Both the position numbers and the translations under genes were made by a program. Source: Laetmonice hystrix (taxonomy: Eukaryota). From it: a DNA stretch of 64,000 nucleotides. The notes under the pieces were generated by a model that did not search any database, had not been told where the DNA came from, and worked only from the letters and a program-made list of their open reading frames with translations. Below, in pieces: positions 11,151-21,023 of the stretch; position 1 is the stretch's first letter; every line of letters starts with the position of its first letter. Location of the stretch: NCBI GenBank assembly GCA_965235115.1, contig OZ249436.1:8992001-9056000 (forward strand), given 5' to 3'.

Positions 11151-14100
11151 ACAGTGATCATGTGCAAGTACGTACTGCCATAACTTGATGCTGATAAAAT
11201 GACAGTGAGAAGAATTTACAACAAATTTGTCTTAGTCAGTCCAGACTTTTCCCCACACAAATAAACCACAGTCTCATGCTAATTACATTTATGATAAAAG
11301 GCCTGTCTTTCTTGAAAATCCTACAGACTAGCCTCAAAGCGGGCATGAGGGGGGAGCCCTTTTACAGACCTGCCAACAATCAGCCAGGTGCCAGGTACAT
11401 TCCCCAAAGGGATACGGGCACGCTCAATTAAAAGGGTTGTCTCAAGTAAATTCTGAGAACATTTTGAGCAAGAAGTGATGCCTAACTTATGATTTACCAG
11501 TCGGGAAATGGTGATTTTTATGGTAATAGCCGTTTCTAATCGTTTTGCGTAGCATATGAAGGACTGAGGGCAGAGGAGTGTCAAATGTGTACCAGATATG
11601 CAAAATGAGTTGTTGGCAGGTCGGTTTTTACAGGTTTACATAATTAAAAGAAGGAATACAGTACATGTTGTACCAGCATTAATTTAGTTAAATACCAGGT
11701 ATAAATATATCTTGTGTTTTTGCTTTACATCTCCCCATCCTTCCAGCTGATGGCCAAAGACAGACAGCTCCACTGAAAGTCCCAAGAAAAAGGGAAAGTT
11801 TATTAGAAACTTATCAAACACATCCAAACAAAAATCAGAATATTAATTAAATATGGATTACCAGCACAGTAACTGGCGCGTTGGTGTAGATTAAATATAA
11901 AATCAGGGTGACAATACTCTGACCTAGTCCCGGCCTGGTATCCTATTTCTCCACACTCTAAGTAGGTTAATTCCTAATTTTATTGCCCGGCAACATCTGC
12001 AGTCTCACCCTCTCATTCAGTGTAAGGAACTTTAGGCATCTGAGCAAGAATGAGGTCAAAAGAACGAGTATAGAAAATACTACCTACATGTACTTCCATA
12101 CACAGATCTACATAATATGTAAACCGTCAAAGTGAAGGACATTATTATAATAATTACAAAATTGGAACAATATCCAATAATCCTGTCAAAAGTATAGGCC
12201 TAAATCTTTTGTTCAGAAAGGCGAATGAGAATGTTGGTTTAAATTTCTGCATGGGACTACAAAGGTTAAAAGGAGGTGTAGGCCGGGGAAGGGGATCCTC
12301 CATAATATTGGCCTAGATGGCATCGGAGGCTGGGCTATTGTTGGAAGAATTATTTTAGAACAATGGAATGCTCATCTAAAGTGGCGGGAAATAGCAACAT
12401 AGCCTATCCCTTGAGGCTTTCCTAAGTTCAATAAATGTATTAGATCATTACAGATTACATAGCTACTTACGTGTTTGGAGGGATGTGAACTCTAGAATGA
12501 TGTTTTGATGGCTGCACCGCATGTAGGCGGAATTCTCAACTGAATTTCGCGCCAACCAGTACACGTGTGCTGACCTGGGGTACCACCACGACCCCGGGGT
12601 CATCTCCAGCACCAGCAGGCGGTCGCCTGTGCCTGGGTGCTTGCACTATGATGTGTGCAGAACGCTGCAGTCCAGGAGTTGTCTGTCTTGTCTCACCATA
12701 AGATCTGGGTCAGTAGGCCGAGATATAAAGCAAGGGCCACATACAATTTAAAAACGGAATTATCCCAAACTTGATCCCAATTATTATTTTGGACGTTGAT
12801 GAGGAGGTGTCCTCTGGTTGTTTAAAATTCTAGAGTCTTAGAATACGTCAGGTTCGTTTATAAAAAGGTCAGCTCCACGTACCGCCTCATAAACACTTCT
12901 GCGCGTGTCCTTTGCGCTTGGAACGTGATACCTGATGGTAAAGTAGGGGGCCCATGTTTGCAGCCCAACCAGTAAAACAAATTCAGATACTTTGGTTTTA
13001 AACTGCAAAGATTCATAATGATTCATTTGGGCAGAAAGACACAGCGAGCCGAGCGTCGGAATCCGCGCCGAATTCCCCGGCCATGAGGCTCGCCGGTTGC
13101 CGTGACCGGCAGCGTCGGAGCCCGTGTGCAGGGTGGATTCAGGTCGGGGCCGCTGTATGGGAGAAGTACCAAGGGTCCTTATTTAAAAAGTACTGAATCA
13201 TTTTATCCCAAACTTACGACATTTTATGGAAAGGGTTCTTGTGAATATGTAAACAAAGTTGGAGCCTATGAAATGGAATGAAAGGTACCCTAAAGAAGCG
13301 ATCAAAACAGACACACAGATTTTTTCAAAGTTTCCTATTCCTGACAGAAGGTGGCGCCACAAATACACTTAGCCCTAATTATTCAGGTCATTAATTAACC
13401 AGTTTTCTTTAACATATAATGGTTTAGAAATGGGGACTCATTGGAGAATTTGTATTCCTAGCAATGTTGAGAATTTCACTACTAAGGTTCCTCCAACAGT
13501 AAAGTGGATAACAACTTCATTTAATTTAAATTTCATTTAAAAGTAATTAACTTTAAAGTGTATTTCCATAATAAGGATTGCGGTATAATTGGGCATGCAT
13601 ATAAAGATTGGCCATGTCTGCATACAGGACCAGTATGATTACTCCCCTGGCATTATCAAAAGAGCTATAGTGTTCAGATTGTGGAGTCCACCTTTTTATT
13701 TAGAATTAATTAATTAAAAATACTTTACCTAAGAGATCTGAACTAGAATCCACTTAGTAATGTGTAGAACACCTAGGGCTATAATAACGCCACTTTTTAT
13801 AGTATTTAAACAATTTTTGGCCAATTACCGCAACTTTAGGAAAGATATCGCCTTTCATTGCAACTCTTCAACAACGTCTGGATGGGCCAGAAAAGTGAAA
13901 TAGTCAATTTTCTTAATTACACATGAATTCACCTAATTATGTTAATATATCCTCTTTGCCACCTAAAGAAACGATCTGTGATGTTTTTCTAATTGTTTAA
14001 AATTGCACGGGGCCAAAAAACCTCAATTAATCACTCTGCCCCCCAGGCGCTTGTGCTGCCACCTATCGGTTATCTGGCGATGTGGCCAGTTTACTATAAA

Positions 14101-14393
14101 CTTTACATTTCCCCGGATTAATTTTCAGATATCATTTATACACAAACACTTCAGTGCTTAAATGCACATAATATAAACCTACGATGAGGACACCACGTGT
14201 ATCTTTCGCTATGGATTGCTACAAATACAACAAATAGAGTAGGCCTATACCTGCTGTTAGGCCGGTTGTTAATATGTCTATAAAATACCTCTAAAACAGG
14301 TTTTAGCCTAAACCTGCAAAACGTATACCTGTCAGAAGTGATAGAAACGTTCTGATAGAGGCACGAAAATGATAGGCTTGAAAAAAGAGAATT

Positions 14394-15250
14394 AAGCGGA
14401 GTCAAGCGATCCAGGCTTTGAGTGTAGAAAATCTAGTCTGGTCAGACAAGGGAGAGGCTGTCTTCACTTTGACTAAAGTGATGAAGACGGCCCGGACAGG
14501 AGAAGCATTAAAGGTGCTATTCGTCTCGCACAGAATGGCATTTCTCCTATCATACATTGTGCACATAGTACTAGAAAAAATTCCTACCGATACCATTGGC
14601 CTGATAAACCTTCTATTAGTTTGTGTGCAGCATTTGAAACCTATCTCGGTGCGCACCGAGATAGAGCCATTTCCTATGGTGGGGCGTGGCAGGGTCTCCA
14701 CAGGCCTTCTGAGAGAGCCCCATTTGTGCCGTTATCCATGAAAAATTTTGATTTCCTTTGTTGTGAATCTATTTCCATGATAGGTGGCATCACATAAACG
14801 TCAACAAAATTAAAAATTAAAATATTGAATTTTTGTTCACGAATAGCACCTTTAAAATTAATAACATTAGAGCCATACCCAAATGTGAAGGCTCTTTGCA
14901 TTGTAAAACTTCTGAAACATTATTTAGAGAAAACAAAGAAACTCAGGGGAACATCAGAACAGTTAGTTATCTCTTACAAGCCCCCACATAGGCCAATAGG
15001 GCGAGACACGGTGTCAAGATGGGTAATTAGCACACTAAAATTAGCTGGAGTAGACGTAGCAAAGTACAAGTCGCATTCAACTAGAGGAGCTGGAACATCT
15101 GCGGCAGCAAAATTAGGAGTCACGGCAAACATATTGCTCAAGTATGGGTCATGGAGATCAGAAAAATCAATGGCGAGACACTATAGAAAACCAATAGAAG
15201 CAACACCTGAAAAGTCAGTGGCAACAACCATTCTGGAGATGTCTGACTGA
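14394..15250 (+). pseudogene. DIRS/Crypton-type tyrosine recombinase catalytic domain, 5'-truncated and split by a MITE
   Basis: KRSQAIQALSVENL..VFTLTKVMKTARTGEAL|KLITLEPYPNVKALCIVKLLKHYLEKT..HSTRGAGTS..GSW..RHY; R, K, HxxR, W and Y motif residues present; the frame is continuous after removing 14512-14855. Confidence 0.85.
14512..14851 (+). mobile_element. TTAA-TSD MITE (Kolobok-like), copy 1
   Basis: TIR AGGTGCTATTCGT / ACGAATAGCACCT; TTAA on both sides (14508-11, 14852-55). Confidence 0.9.
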
Positions 15251-15774
15251 CTTCAAAGATATCTATCATTGATACCAGACTCTAAAATTGAGGTATAAGG
15301 GTAATAAAAAAATAAAAAAATACTACAGCCCACCTCCCATGGCAGAATGTTACTTAAAATTTTTTACATTCATACCATCCATAATAACTGGATCCTATCC
15401 AAGTACCACCCTTTCGTGTACCCGCCTTAACTACTGACCTACTTACATCGCGTCAGAGGGTTCACTTTTCGATTAAAACAATCCGGATAAATCCGGAAAA
15501 ATCACAGGCCTGCGTGCATGCCCAGTTAGAACCCAGTCCTTCTCTGCCCGGATATAACCCACATGGGGCCCTACTGGGTTTTCGGGCGCCATTGTGCCGC
15601 CTGCTTTTAGTCAAAGTGTATGGCACGTTGGTATAGACTAAGACACGTTTGACAACAGTAATACGCCGGTATAATTACCGGTAGTTACTTGAACACATAC
15701 ACATAATTAAACACATAATTACCTGAATTATGGTCCCTCCCTCATACGCCCCGATGTGGGCGTGGGAGGGAGGG

Positions 15775-17560
15775 TTTCCCTACATGACGTTGATGCATAA
15801 ACGTCTTTTAGACGTATTGATAGGGTTCATGATGTTGAGGCTAAACGTCTTTTAGACGTTTTGATGGGGATTCCCTACATGACGTTGAGGCGTAAACGTC
15901 TCACAGACGTTCTGATTTGGTTTCCCTACATGACGTTGATGCATAAACGTCTTTTAGACGTTTTGGTAGGGGTTCCCTACATGACGTTGATGCATAAACG
16001 TCTTTTAGACGTTCTGATCTGGTTTCCCTACACAACGTTGAGGCCTAAACGTATTTTAGACGTTTCGGGATGGTTTCCCTACATGACGTTGATGCAAAAA
16101 CGTCTTTTAGACGTTTTGGTAGGGGTTCCCTACATAACGTTGAGGCCTAAACGTCTCAGAGACGTTCTGATCTGGTTTCCCTACATAACGTTTAGGCCTA
16201 AACGTCTTTTAGACGTTTTGATATAGTTTCCCTACATGACCTTGAGTTATAAACGTCTTTTAGACGTTTTGATATGATTTCCCTACACAACGTTGAGGCC
16301 TAAACGTCTTTTAGACGTTCTGATCTGGTTTCCCTACATAACGTTTAGGCCTAAACGTCTTTTAGACGTTTTGATATAGTTTCCCTACATGACCTTGAGT
16401 TATAAACGTCTTTTAGACGTTTTGATATGATTTCCCTACACAACGTTGAGGCCTAAACGTCTTTTAGACGTTTCGATATGGTTTCCCTACATGACGTTGA
16501 TGCAAAAACGTCTTTTAGACGTTTTGGTAGGGGTTCCCTACATGACGTTGATGCATAAACGTCTTTTAGACGTTTTGATACGGTTTCCCTACATAACGTT
16601 GAGGCCTAAACGTCTTTTAGACGTTTTGATATGTTTTCCCTACATAACGTTTAGGCCTAAACGTCTTTTAGACGTTTTGATATGGTTTCCCTACATAACG
16701 TTGAGGCCTAAACGTCTTTTAGATGTTTTGATATGGTTTCCCTACATAACGTTTAGGCCTAAACGTCTTTTAGACGTTTTGATATGGCTTCCCTACATAA
16801 CGTTTAGGCCTAAACGTCTTTTAGACGTTTTGATATGGTTTCCCTACATGACGTTGATGCAAAAACGTCTTTTAGACGTTTTGGTAGGGGTTCCCTACAT
16901 GACGTTGATGCATAAACGTCTTTTAGACGTTTTGATACGGTTTCCCTACATAACGTTGAGGCCTAAACGTCTTTTAGACGTTTTGATATGTTTTCTCTAC
17001 ATAACGTTTAGGCCTAAACGTCTTTTAGACGTTTTGATATGGTTTCCCTACATAACGTTGAGGCCTAAACGTCTTTTAGATGTTTTGATATGGTTTCCCT
17101 ACATAACGTTTAGGCCTAAACGTCTTTTAGACGTTTTGATATGGCTTCCCTACATAACGTTTAGGCCTAAACGTCTTTTAGACGTTTTGATATGTTTTCC
17201 CTACATAACGTTTAGGCCTAAACGTCTTTTAGACGTTTTGATATGGTTTCCGTACATGACGTTGATGCAAAAACGTCTTTTAGACGTTTTGGTAGGGGTT
17301 CCCTACATAACGTTGAGGCCTAAACGTTTTATAGACGTTTTGATATGGTTTCCCTACATGACGTTGATGCATAAACGTCTTTTAGACGTTTTGATACGGT
17401 TTCCCGACATAACGTTGAGGCCTAAACGTCTTTTAGACGTTTTGATATGTTTTCCCTACATAACGTTTAGGCCTAAACGTCTTTTAGACGTTTTGATATG
17501 GTTTCCCTACATAACGTTTAGGCCTAAACGTCTTTTAGACGTTTTGATATGGTTGCTAGA
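15775..17560. repeat. 51-bp right subterminal array of element 2 (~35 copies)
   Basis: Unit CTACATAACGTTTAGGCCTAAACGTCTTTTAGACGTTTTGATATGGTTTCC; 17-aa period in ORFs 15861 and 16446. Confidence 0.95.
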
Positions 17561-17619
17561 CGTTGTAGGCGAATCTGGTGTAAGCTAAACGTTTAATAGA
17601 CGTCAGTGTGCCGGCTGGG

Positions 17620-18690
17620 CTGGCCTTATACTCGAGGAAACACTACAGTGAGGGCTGCCTACATGTATTGATGGCCTTAAACTCGAGCAAAAACTACAGT
17701 GAGGAGTTAATTTCTACATGTATTGACTGAGCTTAGACTGGTGCAAACACTACAGTGAGGGTTCCCTACATGTATTGGTTGGCCCTAGACTGGAGCAAAC
17801 ACTGCAGTGAGGGCTTCCTTCAAGTATTCGCTGCCTTTGGGCTGGAGCAAACACTACAGTTAGGGCTCCTTATTTGTATTGACTGCCCTTCAGCTTGAGC
17901 AGACAGTACAGTGAGGGTTCCCTACATGTATTGAGGGGCGTCATACTCGAGCAAACACTACACTGGGGGCTCTCTAGATGCTCTTGAGTTAAAAATACAG
18001 TGAGGGCCCCCTACGTCTATTGAGTGGCGTCATACTCGAGCAAACACTACAGTGAGGGATTCCAATATGAACTGTCTGGCCTTATACTCGAGCAAACAAT
18101 ACAGTGAGGGTTCCCTACATGTATTTACTGCCCTTCGGCTGGATCGAGCAAACACTACAGTGAGGGCTCTCTACATGTATTGACTGAACTTAGACTGAAG
18201 CAAACACTACAATGGGGGCTCCGTACGTGTTAACTGGCCTTACACTCGAGCAAACACTACAGTGAGGGCTCTGTACATGTATTGGCTAGCCTTAGACTGG
18301 AGCAAACACTACAGTGCGTGAGGGGCCCCTACATGTATTGACTGGCCTTATACTCGAGCAAACACTACAGTGAGGAGTCTCTACATGTATTGACTGAGCT
18401 TAGTCTGAAGCAAACACTACAGTGAGGGCTCCCTGTATGTGTTGGCTGGCCTTATACTGGAACAAACACTACACTGAGGGTTCCCAACAAGTACTGTCTG
18501 ACCTTATACTCGAGCAATCACTACAGTGAGGGCTCCCTACATGTATTGACTGGCCTCATACTGCAGCAAACACTACAGTAAGGGAGCCTACATGGACTGA
18601 CTAGCCTTATAGGCCTACTCGAGCAAACACTACAGTGAGGGTTCCCTACATGTATTGACTGCCCTTCGACTGGAGCAAACACTACAGTGA
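17620..18690. repeat. 52-bp satellite, resumed after element 2
   Basis: About 20 more copies of the GAGCAAACACTACAGTGAGGG unit. Confidence 0.9.
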
Positions 18691-18724
18691 TCGGGCTCGA
18701 TCCCTATACACGTATTCACTGTTA

Positions 18725-19786
18725 AGCTAGGCATCCATAGGTCCGTATATGCGTATGCGTAATGCGTATGCGTAAAGTTGAAATCCACGCAGGTGTGTCC
18801 GTAGTGCGTATTTCTAGCATCCATAGATGCGTAAAAAAATAGTGGTACGTATGCGTATATATAATTTTTCTATACAAAATTATCAAAATTTCAGTTTCCA
18901 GGAAAACAAAGGTAGGCCTAGTATAGGCCTATATATGGATCTGTTGAAAGGACGAAAATGAAATCTTTGTTGAGAGGGGTGTGAGGTTGACTATAGGCCT
19001 ATACCCTTAGCATGCGGCCCATAGATCTGAGGGGGGGGGGGGGCGGCAGGGCTAATATTAGTAGCCTATAGGCCTACTAGGCCTAATAACTCTTGGCCGC
19101 GGCACTACGATGCAGAGGCGTAGGAAGCACTTTAAAAGTGGGGGGCCAACAGGGCCATGCGCAGAATTTTTCGAGAGGGATTACAGTTTGGCGGGGGAAC
19201 TGGGCGAGCGCCGAAGCCGAAGGCGCGAAGCCATGCTAGGGGAGTCCGGGGGCATGCCCCCCGAAAAGTTTTGAAATTTATAGTGTAATTTGGTGCATCT
19301 TAGAGCACAAAATAAGGTCTGAAATGTGAGAAAATACCCTCCTTCTGCATAGACTTCCATAGACTTCAAATGGCAAAAGTCAAGGGGAGGGAAAAAGTGG
19401 GGGGGGGGGGGCAGAAGATACTCTGGCCCCCTCATTTCAAAGTGGGGGCCATGGCCCCCTGCCCCCCTTTTCCTACGCCCCTGCGATGTGAAGTAGGCCT
19501 AGGCCTAAATAGGCCTTATTCAGACTCCTCCCAGGGCCCACAATCTGTCATTCATTCCGGGAAAACACCACGTTTCTTACGTCATATTATATGGAATTCC
19601 CCCTGCGTATGCGTAAAAAAAAGGGTCAGGAGGCAATCGCTTGCGTAGTGCGTAAAACCTTACGCTTCACGCATACGCACTACGTATCTATGGATGCATG
19701 TCAATTGAAATCCATTGTGACCTTTTAATTACGCATTACGCTTACGCATTACGCATACGCATATACGGATCTATGGATGCCTAGCT
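18725..19786. mobile_element. PIF/Harbinger-type non-autonomous element
   Basis: Long TIR AGCTAGGCATCCATAG(G/A)TCCGTATATGCGTATGCGTAATGCGTA; 3-bp TSD TTA (18722-24, 19787-89). Confidence 0.85.
19113..19483. mobile_element. MITE with CAG termini and 5-bp TSD (hAT5-like), nested in the Harbinger element
   Basis: CAGAGGCGTAGGAA / TTCCTACGCCCCTG; TSD CGATG on both sides. Confidence 0.75.
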
Positions 19787-20217
19787 TTAGTGTGTGTGAT
19801 ATCTTACGTGTGAGTATATTGACGTATCGCCTGCCTACTGGACAGTAGGCCCTAAAGGCATGGAAACATGAAATGAGGTAACATTGATAAATATGGTGTG
19901 TGTACAGAAACAGCAGGTTTTATATCAACATCTCCACGTTTCTGTCTGCTTTGAAAAGCGGAGAGTGTGCCAACTTGACATTTTTCCTATGAATGTCAAT
20001 TGATACCTTCTTTGAAACAGCGTGCACAAATATGCTTGTACTGGCCAGGGAATGATTTAAAACGCTAAATACATCTGTTTTACATAATATTAGGTCATTA
20101 TTGCAATGTTTGTATGCATACCTATCTGGTATTGTAATTCGCTACTGGAATTTTCGCATAGTATTCGTCACGTACGTTCGCTCACAGAAAGGAGAGCATT
20201 CAGTCTTCATTGTTTAA

Positions 20218-20559
20218 AGGTGCTATTCGTGAACAAAAATTCAATTTTTTAATTTTTAATTTTGTTGACGTTTATGTGATCCCACCCATCCCATGGAAAT
20301 AGATTCACAACAAAGGAAATCAAAATTTTTCATGGATAACGGCACAAATGGGGCTCTCTCAGAAGACCTGTGGAGACCCTGACACGCCTCACCATAGGAA
20401 ATGGCTCTATCTCGGTGCGCACCGAGATAGCTTTCAAATGCTGCACACAAACTAATAGAAGGTTTATCAGGCCAATGGTATCGGTAGGAATTTTTTCTAG
20501 TACTATGTGCACAATGTATGATAGGAAAAATGCCATTCTGTGCGAGACGAATAGCACCT
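20218..20559 (-). mobile_element. TTAA-TSD MITE (Kolobok-like), copy 2, inverted relative to 14512-14851
   Basis: Same TIR and near-identical internal sequence in reverse orientation; TTAA flanks at 20214-17 and 20560-63. Confidence 0.9.
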
Positions 20560-21023
20560 TTAAGGGGCATCGAAGTATTTATATATGAAAACCATGTAGC
20601 TAATATGACTATAAAATATCGTGTGTTTCATATGAAAGTATTCAAAATAACTGTAAATCATTTCCGTCACTTATATTCGCTACAGATATAAATGGTTGTG
20701 AAATGTATACATGTACTTCCCATTTGAACATCTTCTCCAAATTTTAACAGTATATGTCCCTCGCCTATAGGCATAGCCTACCTTTCATTACCACTACTTG
20801 ATCCCCCCCCCCCCCCCGCCCCCACGATTAAGATGTAAATTTTTGCCCGGGGGTGTACGTGCCTCCCCCCCCCCCCCCCCATGCTCCCCCTGGATGCGCC
20901 ACTGAATTTCGTTAGAGAGAAAGCTGCCTTAGTTCTATATTGTTCTTTTGGCGTGACTATCTGTAATCATAGGCCTAGGCCTCGATATGTTTTTAAAGCT
21001 ATTATTTGTTTCTTTGATCCAAG

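Larger units (their letters stand above)
9452..17619. mobile_element. Non-autonomous CMC/EnSpm(CACTA)-like DNA transposon, element 2
   Basis: TIR CCCAGTCGGCACA / TGTGCCGGCTGGG (12/13 match); 2-bp TSD CT (9450-51, 17620-21). Removal restores satellite GAATGACTGGCCTTATAC. AACGTT/AACGTC-rich arrays at both ends. Confidence 0.85.

Noticed and set aside
11321..11584. 87-aa ORF inside element 2
   Set aside because: No recognisable motif or splice-consistent continuation; cannot be supported as transposase or cargo.
15861..17588. 121-aa and 380-aa ORFs
   Set aside because: Read-through of the 51-bp array; stops appear in variant units.
20256..20588. ORFs resembling those at 14402-14901
   Set aside because: Both sets are translations of the same non-coding TTAA MITE.
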